Below are positions 37,980 through 48,235 of a stretch of DNA of 64,000 bases, piece by piece. The translations under genes were made by a program, and so were the position numbers. The stretch is taken from positions 28,584 through 92,583 of the IMG/VR virus record IMGVR_UViG_3300042922_000725, one strand, 5' to 3'. Positions within the stretch are counted from its first letter, which is position 1. Every line of letters starts with the position of its first letter. The stretch is from a virus. The notes beneath the pieces are model-generated. The model worked only from the letters and a program-made list of their open reading frames with translations, did not search any database and had not been told where the DNA came from.

Positions 37980-40184
37980 ATGGCAGAATTATATAATTAT
38001 TACTATACACAAAGATTCATAAATTCTACAACAGGTGCGCCAGAAAGTCGTTTACAATCAAATGAACCACACAAAGTTCTTGATTACAAAATTACACTAG
38101 ATACTATACCCGACCAATATTATAGAACTTCCGTGGTGTGTTCTACAGTTCCAAGTATGTATGAAATACCTTTACAAGCCATGATAACAGCATCAAATCA
38201 GTACAAGGTGGATTATTATTCTGGAAGTGGATTTATATATTTTCATTCCTCAATGGAGGGTAAAGCTGTAACAGTTACATATCGTGGTAAGGGATGGATA
38301 ATAGTTGACATTAGTAGAATGGGAACACTAGTGGAAGGTCAAACAGTGCCTCAAACTATAAAAGAGATGATTGATGATTTTAGTGAAGCTGAAGCTCAAA
38401 GAGTTTTAAATGAGGAACAAAGACAAGAAGATGAAGATATAAGAAAAGGAAACGAAATAATACGTACAGCTAACGATGCAACACGACAAGCGGTAATAAA
38501 TGCATTCAAAGTAAATGAACCATATAATAATACTCATTCATATATGCCTTTAAACAAAGTATCATACATGGGTAATTTTTATCAAAACCAAATAGCATGT
38601 AGCGGAATAGCTCCAGACCCATTAGGTTCATCAACTAATTGGTTACTAATTGCACAAAGAGGTAACGACGGACTAGCTTCATTTAGAGAAACAACAATAA
38701 CCGTTTCGTCTAACGGAACAACTCATATAGTGCATGGACTAGATTTTGACCCACTTCATGATGCATTGAAAGTGACAGGAGAATATGGACAAAAATTATT
38801 TAAAACCGAGCAATATACACTAAATGCTGATAATTTATCTATAGATTTGGTAGGATGGACAGCGGATGCCGGATTTAAGTTTAACTTTGAATTATTAAAA
38901 GGAATGAACGATGCAACTCTACAAGAATTAGTCGATGAAGCTGTAATTGCTAAAACTGAATTACAAGCTGTATTAGACGATGCAGAAGAGTTAATTGAAT
39001 TAGGAAATACGGTTGCAGGGCATACAACACAGATAGCGAGTATAAATGATGAAATAGGTGATATTAATACAGCTATAGAAAATATTGAAAGCGATGTAAC
39101 ATCAATAAGTGGTGGACTTACATCTCACTTAAACGATACTATTTCACATGCGGAAACTTCAACAAGAACTCTTTATGTAGATATTACAAACGGGAATAAT
39201 AGCAACAGCGGAACACAAGCAGCACCTTTTCAAACTTTAACATATGCCTTGACAAAAATAAAAAAGAATTTATATTCAGATGTAAAGATAAGAATACTTC
39301 AAGGCGATTATACTTCTGAGGGTGTTGTAAATATAAATAATTTTAAAAGTGCATACTTAATTATAACCGCGTTTGATGGAACAAACGATGTGTCCACTTT
39401 AAGTGATAGCTACAACTTTTTCAAGTTTAGAGTAGATAGTTGTGATAAAATACAAATACAAGGTTTAAAAATTAATTGGAATCAAGCAAATGATTACGGT
39501 ATTTTTACAACAAATACCCGGTTCGGCTATTACATTGGAATAAAAAACACTGACACAACTGCACTAAATAATGGATTTGGCGTTACAGTTAACTCAGAAG
39601 TATATTTAGATGGTTGCTTATGTTCCGGCAAAGATACGGTTGTTAGTTGTAATTTTGGTAGTAGAGTTGTATCTGCAAATTGGGATTCGGGGTCAACTGG
39701 AAACAGAGTTGGTTTGTGGGCGCATGGAGGTTCGATAATATTTAAAGACGGAAATCAACCCGTTGGAACAGTTTATAATGATAATGTAGATCATGGCGGT
39801 AAAATAGTAGAAGAATCTGGTCAAAACAGAACTAGCCAAACGTTTTTTACAGCAAATGCAACTACAACTGGATATATTGATATCCCTATAAACTTACCAA
39901 TATCACCATCATGGATTAAAATTGATTCAATACTGACAGGGTCAAAAGAAATGTCATGGGGACAATGGAGCAAAAACAAAGGTACGCCGTCTCAAAGCTG
40001 TGTATTTAGAAACAATGCCGACACAGTTGGTGGCAGCTACGACATGGCTCAATTGAATGATGGAGGAGGAAACGTTGTACAATATCAAGTTAATTTAGCA
40101 TATCCTAGCGTAATACGATTAAACATTACTAAGACTGGTTCTCCAACAGGAACTATATATTTAAATGTATTGTGCGGTTGTTAA
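37980..40184 (+). CDS. Tail fibre/receptor-binding protein
   Basis: Y.VDY..G..YF N-terminus; YN....Y.PL..V.Y.G..Y module; LYVD..NGN.SN.GT..APF.T motif; beta-helix-like C-terminus. Confidence 0.75.
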   Translation: MAELYNYYYTQRFINSTTGAPESRLQSNEPHKVLDYKITLDTIPDQYYRTSVVCSTVPSMYEIPLQAMITASNQYKVDYYSGSGFIYFHSSMEGKAVTVTYRGKGWIIVDISRMGTLVEGQTVPQTIKEMIDDFSEAEAQRVLNEEQRQEDEDIRKGNEIIRTANDATRQAVINAFKVNEPYNNTHSYMPLNKVSYMGNFYQNQIACSGIAPDPLGSSTNWLLIAQRGNDGLASFRETTITVSSNGTTHIVHGLDFDPLHDALKVTGEYGQKLFKTEQYTLNADNLSIDLVGWTADAGFKFNFELLKGMNDATLQELVDEAVIAKTELQAVLDDAEELIELGNTVAGHTTQIASINDEIGDINTAIENIESDVTSISGGLTSHLNDTISHAETSTRTLYVDITNGNNSNSGTQAAPFQTLTYALTKIKKNLYSDVKIRILQGDYTSEGVVNINNFKSAYLIITAFDGTNDVSTLSDSYNFFKFRVDSCDKIQIQGLKINWNQANDYGIFTTNTRFGYYIGIKNTDTTALNNGFGVTVNSEVYLDGCLCSGKDTVVSCNFGSRVVSANWDSGSTGNRVGLWAHGGSIIFKDGNQPVGTVYNDNVDHGGKIVEESGQNRTSQTFFTANATTTGYIDIPINLPISPSWIKIDSILTGSKEMSWGQWSKNKGTPSQSCVFRNNADTVGGSYDMAQLNDGGGNVVQYQVNLAYPSVIRLNITKTGSPTGTIYLNVLCGC

Positions 40185-40333
40185 TTACTTAAAGTTAATA
40201 AAATCAATTTTTTATAGTAAAAAACTGAATATAAACAATACAAAACTTGCAGTATTTTAATTATTTAAGTGACTATTTAGTTAATATTGCAAGTTTTATT
40301 ATACTTGGAATTAAAACAGAAGGAGGAATTTTT

Positions 40334-41950
40334 ATGGGAGAACCCAAATTAACTGAAAAAATTAAAAGCCTTGATTCGCAATTGGCAGAAATAGATAACA
40401 AATTTAATAGCACTATTATTAATGTCAAATACCCACCACTAGGACTAACGCCAGCAGTAGGCGACGGAGTAACGGACGATTGGTCTGCTCTGCAAGCAAT
40501 TTTCAACTATGCTTATGATAATGACTGTAGAATATATTTACCAGCAGGTAATTACCTTATTTCAAAACCATTAATTGTTTATAGCTATTCTGACGATTAC
40601 GGCAACCAAATATTACTTATTGATGGTGCTGGGCAAGATGTATCTGTAATAGTAAAAAATAATAATACTACATTAGGCACAGGCGAATATGCTACTATTG
40701 ATGCAATTATGATTATCGCAAATCAGTACACCAAAAACGGGCAAGCTATAACAAATATTTGGTCGCATGAAAGTATTACTGAAAAAGGAGTTTTGTCAAA
40801 TTTTTCATTGAAAAGTACGGCAACAACACCTGTATCGTATGGTATTTATTCATATGGATTATTCTTTTTTAAGTTCTTTGGAATGAGTTTTCTTGATATG
40901 AATACCGCTTTTGCGACAACAAGATATTGCAGTTTCAACATATTTGAAAAACTTGAAGTAAAGCAATGTGCGATTGGATTTAATATTTGGAGCGACGCAA
41001 GCGGTGCAACAACACTTAGATTTTTGGATATTCACTTAAATGGAGTAACACAATATGGCTATAAGATTAAAGGACATGCTATGTTTGAGGATTGTTCAAA
41101 TGATGGAGGAAGTTTAGTTGCGTATTACTTTCTTTGTAGCAGAGCAACACTAATCAATTGTCACTCTGAAAGTCCAGCTTGTTCACAAGTTATTTATGCT
41201 GATGGTAACACTACATGGGGTCCCTCAACCATTACTTTGCTTAATTGTGGGATCATGACTCCTTTAAGTACAACAAATCCAACATTCCAGTTAAATAATA
41301 TGACAACCTTACATTGCATAGATTTAAAGATTACAACAACGGTTGTCGGTGGTCTTCCAACAACACCAGCCGGAAAACTATATCAAGCGTCTGCAAATAG
41401 TAGAATGATATTTGACAACTTAAAATTTATAGGCGCGCAATACGCAACAAAAGTTAATTACAGTATCAGTGAAAATGAAAAAGTTATTGTATCTGACAGA
41501 AACCGTTTGAATACACCAAAACATACTTATATGGCATATGTTCCAGGTGCGGTTCCGTCCGGAGAATATAACACATCAACTGTGACTAATGACGGTGAAA
41601 ATCTTATTTTTACAATGAGTGGAGAAGCCGGGAAAGGTTATCAAGGTATTGCATTTGAAACTGGATTTAAGATGGATAGTTACTCTAGGCTATACATGAA
41701 AACCTCTATTGACTTCACGAATGCAAGTGGAAACAGTGCATTACTTAGAATATTAACCAGTACTAGAAGTGGTGTTAATACTTCTGCAACAGTATACAAT
41801 GATGTGATTAAAACATTATCATTTACGGCTGACATAACAGACTACGAGTACTGGATTGATATATCTGATTTATACGGTACATATTATGCAGAAGTAGTAT
41901 TGACGAATATTGGTACTATGACTATTAAAGAAATAGCGTTATTAAAGTAA
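40334..41950 (+). CDS. Tail spike/depolymerase (Pectate_lyase_3-type beta-helix)
   Basis: INVKYP...AVGDGVTDDWSALQA...IYLPAGNYLISKPL; aggagg RBS before ATG 40334. Confidence 0.85.
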   Translation: MGEPKLTEKIKSLDSQLAEIDNKFNSTIINVKYPPLGLTPAVGDGVTDDWSALQAIFNYAYDNDCRIYLPAGNYLISKPLIVYSYSDDYGNQILLIDGAGQDVSVIVKNNNTTLGTGEYATIDAIMIIANQYTKNGQAITNIWSHESITEKGVLSNFSLKSTATTPVSYGIYSYGLFFFKFFGMSFLDMNTAFATTRYCSFNIFEKLEVKQCAIGFNIWSDASGATTLRFLDIHLNGVTQYGYKIKGHAMFEDCSNDGGSLVAYYFLCSRATLINCHSESPACSQVIYADGNTTWGPSTITLLNCGIMTPLSTTNPTFQLNNMTTLHCIDLKITTTVVGGLPTTPAGKLYQASANSRMIFDNLKFIGAQYATKVNYSISENEKVIVSDRNRLNTPKHTYMAYVPGAVPSGEYNTSTVTNDGENLIFTMSGEAGKGYQGIAFETGFKMDSYSRLYMKTSIDFTNASGNSALLRILTSTRSGVNTSATVYNDVIKTLSFTADITDYEYWIDISDLYGTYYAEVVLTNIGTMTIKEIALLK

Positions 41951-41985
41951 GTATTAATTAACTATCGGAAAAATTACGAACTTAA
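40375..41985. mobile_element. Putative recombinase-exchanged cassette 2 (tail spike)
   Basis: Left ttcgcaatt-ggcaga (40375-40389); right ggaaa-aattacgaacttaa (41967-41985), sharing 17 identical bp with the right end of cassette 1. Confidence 0.6.
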
Positions 41986-42177
41986 TAAATTCAATTACAA
42001 GACCGCCGAGGTCTTTTTTATTTTATAATAAATTTATTATTGTGTTTTTAGAGAAAATATTTGTGACATATTACAAAAATGTAGTGAAATATTATATGTT
42101 TTGTAGGTTATATTTGTGAGAAGTTACAATGAAGGTTTTTTGGATTGTGACTTCTTTTTTAAATTAGGAGGGATTTT

Positions 42178-42375
42178 ATGAATTTAAATAAATTATCTGA
42201 AAATGAAATAGAGGAATTAAAAAATATAATATTTTGGGCAATCTCTGAAGGATATAATACAAATTTGACGACTAAACTTTTAGTAAACAAACTTGCTATA
42301 ACAAAAGAAGATGTAGAATATATGGAATATCTTGATGAGAATTGTAATGTTGGTGAAAAATTAACTGATAAATAA
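42178..42375 (+). CDS. Hypothetical protein
   Basis: aggagg RBS; 65 aa. Confidence 0.5.
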   Translation: MNLNKLSENEIEELKNIIFWAISEGYNTNLTTKLLVNKLAITKEDVEYMEYLDENCNVGEKLTDK

Positions 42376-42391
42376 TCAGGAGGTGTTATAA

Positions 42392-43426
42392 ATGGGAAAA
42401 CCAATATTCGAAATGGATGTAATTAATGGATTGAGTTCAGAGTTAACTAATCTTTTGGTTAAACCATCGGGATACTTATATGTAGCAAAGAGTGGAGACG
42501 ACACGAGTGGTGATGGGAGTGCAAGCAAACCGTTTTTAACAATAGGTAAGGCTATTACAACGGCAACAAGTGGAACAACAATATTTATATATCCTGGAAC
42601 TTATACAGAAAGCTTAACATTAAAAGCTGGAGTAAACTTAACATCTTCTGCGAGATATTCGGTATATGTAAGAGGAAATGTAATCGCAAATTTTACAGGA
42701 GCGGTATTCGCTGAGAAAATTGTATTTCAAAGTAGTTCTGGAATAGTAATGAATTTTATTGGAACTGGAGTTCAAAACTTTCAAGCTTTAATGTGCAGCT
42801 TCGATTCTTTAAGTGGAAATAATTCAAATGCTATAGATTATTCAAATACAAATTCTTCAAGTAGATTTTTCTTATATGATAGTATTGCAAGTGTGGCTAC
42901 TTCCACAGGTGGAGCAAAAGTATTCTCAAGTACTTCTGGTTCTTTTGGTTCAGTTGTGTTTGACAAAACAACTTGTCAAATTACTGACAATGCAAATAAT
43001 ATATGTTTAAATTTATTAGGTGGAATTAATTATACTCATACTCAAGACCAAATAAAAGGTCAAGTTGTTGTTGGTGGAATTGCCAATTGTACCATTGCAA
43101 TATTAACTATGCAAACAAATTCTGTACCAGTCTTAGTCACTAATTCAACTGGAACAACAACGGTTTCTGAAGTAATAGTTTCTACAACTTCAACACCTGC
43201 TTTTAGTGGTGCAGGAATTTTAGTTTATATGGCTTTGATATATGCAAGCACAGGAGTGGGGGGTGCTTCAACTCTAACTGGTGGACTAGGGGCAATTCCA
43301 CTTGCAATGGCACCAATTAGATTAAGAGCAGGTTCTTTAACTACTGGTAAGAATGATGGGACGTTTGAATATGATGGGAACCATCTTTACTTTACAATTG
43401 GAACAACTAGAAACACTATTGTTTAA
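42392..43426 (+). CDS. Beta-helix fibre/spike protein (DUF1565-like)
   Basis: LYVAKSGDDTSGDGSASKPFLTI.KA...G..I.I.PGTY.E; C-terminal GTFEYDG.HLYFT. Confidence 0.75.
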   Translation: MGKPIFEMDVINGLSSELTNLLVKPSGYLYVAKSGDDTSGDGSASKPFLTIGKAITTATSGTTIFIYPGTYTESLTLKAGVNLTSSARYSVYVRGNVIANFTGAVFAEKIVFQSSSGIVMNFIGTGVQNFQALMCSFDSLSGNNSNAIDYSNTNSSSRFFLYDSIASVATSTGGAKVFSSTSGSFGSVVFDKTTCQITDNANNICLNLLGGINYTHTQDQIKGQVVVGGIANCTIAILTMQTNSVPVLVTNSTGTTTVSEVIVSTTSTPAFSGAGILVYMALIYASTGVGGASTLTGGLGAIPLAMAPIRLRAGSLTTGKNDGTFEYDGNHLYFTIGTTRNTIV

Positions 43427-43475
43427 AAATAACTAGATATTGACAATAAAATTGAAACAAGAAGGGAATGATTTT

Positions 43476-43808
43476 ATGAGCAATGTATGTATGACTAATT
43501 TTATATTTTTAAAAAATGCTACAGACGTAACCGATGGACAAATATTAACAATTGCATCTTGCTACAATTCAGTTTCAATTGAGGTTACAGGTACAGGGAC
43601 AAGTAAAGTTGTTTTTGAAGCAAGTGTAACTGGAGAAAACTGGATTCCAATAATAGGTGCGGATTTGACCACGTTGGATACACTTTCTGAAACAACTGAT
43701 AAAGGTAAAATATTTTTATTTAGTTTAACGGGTTTATATAAGTTTAGATGTAGAGTTGATAGTTATAGTAATGGAACAGTAACTTGTATAGGAAGAGTGG
43801 TGAATTAA
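43476..43808 (+). CDS. Small beta-sandwich virion protein
   Basis: V.IEVTG.....V.FEAS..G.NW...L.GL..FR.RV; in the fibre cluster. Confidence 0.55.
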   Translation: MSNVCMTNFIFLKNATDVTDGQILTIASCYNSVSIEVTGTGTSKVVFEASVTGENWIPIIGADLTTLDTLSETTDKGKIFLFSLTGLYKFRCRVDSYSNGTVTCIGRVVN

Positions 43809-44614
43809 ATTTGGATATTATCTCTTTGGGAGTGGCTAAAAAAAGCAGAAAAATAACATTAAAGCATAATACAAACGTTCCTGTTGGAGGAATAGACATT
43901 GATACAGAAATTAAAGTTATGGATACAAATGATTTGTTCGAGAAGATGTTAATAAAAAGTTTAGCACCAAAAACAAAACTTGAATTTTATGATTCTGCTG
44001 ATGAAATTATAGACTCTACCTTAATAAGAACAGCAGGAGTTCCATTAACAATAAAAACAATAAAAGCCACATCGGAAAAATCTACAAGTTCTGATATTAT
44101 TGTGAGTATGGAAACATATTCAACACCTTCGATAAGTGATTTTGACAGGTTAGATTATAACATAAATGAAAGTGAAAATATATGGACTTTTAATGATATT
44201 ACAATTGACCAAAAGGCTACTTTTTCAATAAAATCAAATAATAATAAAGGTTTAATTGGCAAATGCAATACGACATTTAACTTTGTAAATTGTTCTTATG
44301 CCGGTATTGTGCCTAGTACAACAACAATATCTACAATAACTGAAGCAGAAATAAAAAGTGGGAAGATTATATTGCAGCAAAAGGGAGATATAAATGACTC
44401 ATTTATTGGAAATGGAAAAATGTTTTTTGCATATGAATCTACTTGGGGAAATGCAAAATCTATAGTCGATGTGTTAAATAATGTGAACATTATAAATGCA
44501 TTTGAAAAAAAAGAAATAGATATAACCAATGCTAGTGGAGTTGTAAAATATGTGGTTTATTTGGCAAACGTAAGAGGTAACTACAATGAAAGTGAAGTAA
44601 ATTTAAAGTTTTAA
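43784..44614 (+). CDS. Tail-associated structural protein (probable start TTG 43811)
   Basis: DIISLG.AKK N-terminus; FAYESTWG...SI.D motif. Confidence 0.5.
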   Translation: MYRKSGELNLDIISLGVAKKSRKITLKHNTNVPVGGIDIDTEIKVMDTNDLFEKMLIKSLAPKTKLEFYDSADEIIDSTLIRTAGVPLTIKTIKATSEKSTSSDIIVSMETYSTPSISDFDRLDYNINESENIWTFNDITIDQKATFSIKSNNNKGLIGKCNTTFNFVNCSYAGIVPSTTTISTITEAEIKSGKIILQQKGDINDSFIGNGKMFFAYESTWGNAKSIVDVLNNVNIINAFEKKEIDITNASGVVKYVVYLANVRGNYNESEVNLKF

Positions 44615-44639
44615 AACTTAAATTTAAGGGGTAATCATA

Positions 44640-45197
44640 ATGAAAAAAATAAAAAATTATATAAAAGAATATATTAAAAAAATTGTATTATCTTTACTTC
44701 ATGATTTTATTGAAAATGAAATAAAGAAAGAAATAAACGAAAACATAAAAAGTTATTTAAAACTCGAAGCCGATAATGACAATACAAGTAAAATTATTGA
44801 AGAAATAAATGATATTAAAGAAATATTGAAATCAAAAGAAAATAATGAACAATATATTTCTCTTCCAAATGAAAATATTATTAATAATGGCAATAAAAAA
44901 GAAATAAAGAATGGAACTATATCTTATGATTATTCGGGTAATCAAGTAATTGAAAGAGTTTATTTAGATGGAGAATGGCTAATACCTAATAATAACATGA
45001 AAGAAGTACAAATAGTTAAAAATTATGTGAATATAGATAAGTTTGAAAGAGAATTAGATAAAGATTTGGTGTTTTCTAGTGACAAATCAATTGTTATTAC
45101 GGATAGCTTAAATCATGATGATAAATACAAAATAGTTATTAAGAGTTCAAACCTGACTTTAGAAAAAGTTAAAGATGTTAAAAAGGAGGGATTCTAA
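44640..45197 (+). CDS. Hypothetical protein
   Basis: In the fibre operon, tightly coupled to the next gene. Confidence 0.5.
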   Translation: MKKIKNYIKEYIKKIVLSLLHDFIENEIKKEINENIKSYLKLEADNDNTSKIIEEINDIKEILKSKENNEQYISLPNENIINNGNKKEIKNGTISYDYSGNQVIERVYLDGEWLIPNNNMKEVQIVKNYVNIDKFERELDKDLVFSSDKSIVITDSLNHDDKYKIVIKSSNLTLEKVKDVKKEGF

Positions 45198-45199
45198 AG

Positions 45200-46648
45200 A
45201 TGAGTGACTTTTTAAAGGGAAATCCCTTAATAGTACCTAATTATTACCTTGGAGATGTTCCTATGGACACCAAAACAAAAGCTTCTTCAGTTTCAGAAGT
45301 TTTAACAACTCTTGAAAAAGAAAATAGATATACTGGATTAACAATATATTGCGATTTAGAAAAACAATTTTATTGTTTTAAGAATGGAATTGAAGATTCT
45401 GATTTTATAAAAATAGGTGGTTCAACTTCAATAATTAAAGTTTCAAACTATGCTTCATTGCCAACTGAAAATCAAGATATTACTGCGATTTATATGACAG
45501 AAGATACAATGATTGAATATATGTGGAATGGTATTGCATGGACTAATTTTAAAAATATAGCAGACAATATATCATTTAATAATAATCCAAATGGAACTCC
45601 AATATATTCCACTGATTATGGAACAGTACAAAAAGTATTAGAAGAAAATAAAAAAGAAGTAGACTTAAAGGCTGACAAAACTTATGTTGACACTGAATTG
45701 GATAAAAAACCAATTATAGATGATGTTAGTTCAAGTATTTCATCAGTATATTCGTCAAATAAAGTTGATGAGTTAAATAACACTTTATTAGGATATATTG
45801 TAATAAAAGCTGAAATCAATGATGAAGAAGTAAGTGGTGGAATGACATATAGTTCAAGTAAATTGGAAAATGATAAATATTTAATAAATACTGATTTAAA
45901 TAACAAAGTAGATAAAGTTATAAACAAAAGTTTAATTGATGATACAGAAATAATAAGATTACAAGGAATTACTACAGGAGCAAATAAAGTTGAAGACTCT
46001 GCTGTAAATGGAAATATTAAAATCAATGGTGTTGAAAGCGTTGTATATACTCATCCTGGAACAGGTACAAATCCACATGGAACTACCAAGAGTGATATAG
46101 GTTTGGGAAACTGTGATAATACTAGTGATGTAAATAAACCAATAAGTAATGCTACACAACAAGCAATTAATAATAATTCTGTTCCTACAGGAAGTGTATT
46201 TTATACTATATCTATGACAGCTCCTAGTGGATATATAATAGGTGACGGAAGTAGTATTTCGAAAACTACATATTCGGCATTATATGCAGTTATTGGTGGC
46301 AGATTTGGAGAAACTTCAACTACATTTAATTTACCTGATTTAAGAGGTACTTTTATAAGAGGTAATAATCCAAGTGCGACAGGATATGATTCAAACAGAA
46401 CATTGGGAAGTTTGCAACAAGACGCATTCCAAGGACATACACATACGTTAAATCCTAAGGTTGGTACGAGAGCAAGTGGTGGAGATAGATATTTTTGGTC
46501 AGATGACCTCTCGTCAGTTAGTCGCGCAAAACAAACCGAATCCGAACAACTGGCAGTACCAATTACATTAGAAGGTTATGGCGTGGCTAAAATTGCTAAT
46601 GAGACACGTCCTGTCAATATTTCATTTACACCAATTATAAAACTATAA
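45200..46648 (+). CDS. Tail fibre protein with phage tail-collar domain
   Basis: NPHGTTKSDIGLGNCDNTSD.NKPIS.ATQ; P.G.....APSGY...DGS..S...YS.LYA.IG..FNLPDLRG.FIRG; ETRPVNI. Confidence 0.85.
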   Translation: MSDFLKGNPLIVPNYYLGDVPMDTKTKASSVSEVLTTLEKENRYTGLTIYCDLEKQFYCFKNGIEDSDFIKIGGSTSIIKVSNYASLPTENQDITAIYMTEDTMIEYMWNGIAWTNFKNIADNISFNNNPNGTPIYSTDYGTVQKVLEENKKEVDLKADKTYVDTELDKKPIIDDVSSSISSVYSSNKVDELNNTLLGYIVIKAEINDEEVSGGMTYSSSKLENDKYLINTDLNNKVDKVINKSLIDDTEIIRLQGITTGANKVEDSAVNGNIKINGVESVVYTHPGTGTNPHGTTKSDIGLGNCDNTSDVNKPISNATQQAINNNSVPTGSVFYTISMTAPSGYIIGDGSSISKTTYSALYAVIGGRFGETSTTFNLPDLRGTFIRGNNPSATGYDSNRTLGSLQQDAFQGHTHTLNPKVGTRASGGDRYFWSDDLSSVSRAKQTESEQLAVPITLEGYGVAKIANETRPVNISFTPIIKL

Positions 46649-46711
46649 AATATAATTATGCTCAACATGTAATACTAGGAAAGCTAATATTAATAACAGG
46701 AGGTCTTATAA

Positions 46712-47062
46712 ATGCCAAATTCAACAATTACACTTTGTAAAGTTTTTGACAACATTAGTTCTACAGGAGAGTGTATTATACCCATAAGTTCAAATGGTTC
46801 ATGTATGCGTATTGAAGCTAGAACAGATGGGGTGGCAACTTTTGAAGTTTCAACTAGTATGACAAGCAATCAAGATAATAATTATTCTTTAGTTGGAATA
46901 TTGATAAATTTAGTAAATATTTCGATAAATAATCCAGTAACAATAACATCTACCGATGGTCTTGTAGCATATTCTCTTGATTTAGGCTGTGTAAGTTATG
47001 TAAAAATAAAATTGACAAATAATACTGGAAATACAACAATAACTTGTAAAGTTTCAGATTAA
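46712..47062 (+). CDS. Small beta-sandwich virion protein (possibly related to 43476)
   Basis: Similar size and pattern; aggagg RBS. Confidence 0.45.
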   Translation: MPNSTITLCKVFDNISSTGECIIPISSNGSCMRIEARTDGVATFEVSTSMTSNQDNNYSLVGILINLVNISINNPVTITSTDGLVAYSLDLGCVSYVKIKLTNNTGNTTITCKVSD

Positions 47063-47092
47063 TTGAAAAATAATAGAAAGGAATGATATCAT

Positions 47093-47878
47093 ATGGGAAG
47101 TTTAAGCCTAAATACTGTTATTGCATTGATTAATGAATTGATTAAGAAAAATGTTAAAAATGTTGGAGATATAAAAATGACAGGAAAAACTATAGCTGAT
47201 AACGGATGGTTAATTTGTGATGGTTCGGCTATATCTAGAACTCAATATTCTGAATTATTTAGTGCAATTGGAACTGTATTTGGGACAGGAAATGGAAGTT
47301 CTACATTTAATATTCCTGATTTTAGGTCAAGAGTTCCATTAGGAGCTGGTCAAGGTGAGATAAATTTAAGTTTTGCTTCAACTGATGTAAACATTTCAAC
47401 AAATGTTATTACAATTCCATCAAACAAATCAATTTATACGGGTACACCTATAAAGTTAACATCGTTAGGCACTGCTCCAACAGGACTAACTAGCGGAACA
47501 ACATATTATGCAGTTAAATTAACAGATACAACAATTTCATTAGCAACAACAGTTTCAAATGCTGTAGCAAATCCGGCTGCTGTGATAGATATTACTGGAC
47601 AAGGAAGTGGTTTAAATAAATTAACTATAACATATTCTAATCGAAGTATTGGTGAAATTGGAGGCGAGGAAAACCATAGTCAAAATATCTCCGAACTTGT
47701 CAAGCATACACACATATATAACGATACATATGGAGTTCAAGACTTAGAAGGAGTGTTTAACAATGCTAATGCCTGTGATGAAATTAGCAGAGATGAAACA
47801 ACTTCTGTAACTGGTGGAAGCGTACCATTTAATGTTATGAATCCGTATTTAGGAATTAATTTCATGATTAAATATTAA
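47093..47878 (+). CDS. Tail-collar domain fibre protein
   Basis: GWLICDGSAISRTQYSELFSAIG...GSSTFNIPDFR; GGEE.H; PYLGINFMIKY. Confidence 0.85.
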   Translation: MGSLSLNTVIALINELIKKNVKNVGDIKMTGKTIADNGWLICDGSAISRTQYSELFSAIGTVFGTGNGSSTFNIPDFRSRVPLGAGQGEINLSFASTDVNISTNVITIPSNKSIYTGTPIKLTSLGTAPTGLTSGTTYYAVKLTDTTISLATTVSNAVANPAAVIDITGQGSGLNKLTITYSNRSIGEIGGEENHSQNISELVKHTHIYNDTYGVQDLEGVFNNANACDEISRDETTSVTGGSVPFNVMNPYLGINFMIKY

Positions 47879-47949
47879 TAATTATTTATTTAGAGTGGGA
47901 TTGAATTTGACCCACCCTATTAATATGTAATTAAATATTGATAAAATAA

Positions 47950-48159
47950 CTATCTATAATTTCTAACATCTTCACGGATTTTGTCTTGTAAATTTTGATT
48001 GGTACATAGTTCAATAATTAATTTATCAAGAATTTTACCCATTGGCTCTTTCCATCGAATACTTAGTATTTGCAAATCTTCATATACCTTTTCATGGAAA
48101 GTTAGATGACCGTCTACTCTACTACCAGTTTTTAAATAATCCATTTTGGATTTCATCAT
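47950..48159 (-). CDS. Small DNA-binding protein (ribbon-helix-helix-like), divergent from the recombinase
   Basis: HLTFHEKVYEDL..LS..W..PMGKILDKLI; gaggtgg RBS. Confidence 0.55.
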   Translation of the reverse strand: MMKSKMDYLKTGSRVDGHLTFHEKVYEDLQILSIRWKEPMGKILDKLIIELCTNQNLQDKIREDVRNYR

Positions 48160-48221
48160 TTATACACCACCTCATGTAAATTATACTATAATTTGTACAT
48201 TTGTACAAGAGTTCAAATATA

Positions 48222-48235
48222 CGAACGAACGTTCT
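48222..48235. promoter_or_regulatory. LexA (Cheo/SOS) box candidate
   Basis: cGAAC-gaac-GTTCt matches the Firmicute GAAC-N4-GTTC consensus, in a divergent intergenic region. Confidence 0.55.

Noticed and set aside
40247-40333. Track start for the spike gene at 40247
   Set aside because: aggagg RBS and leader homology support ATG 40334
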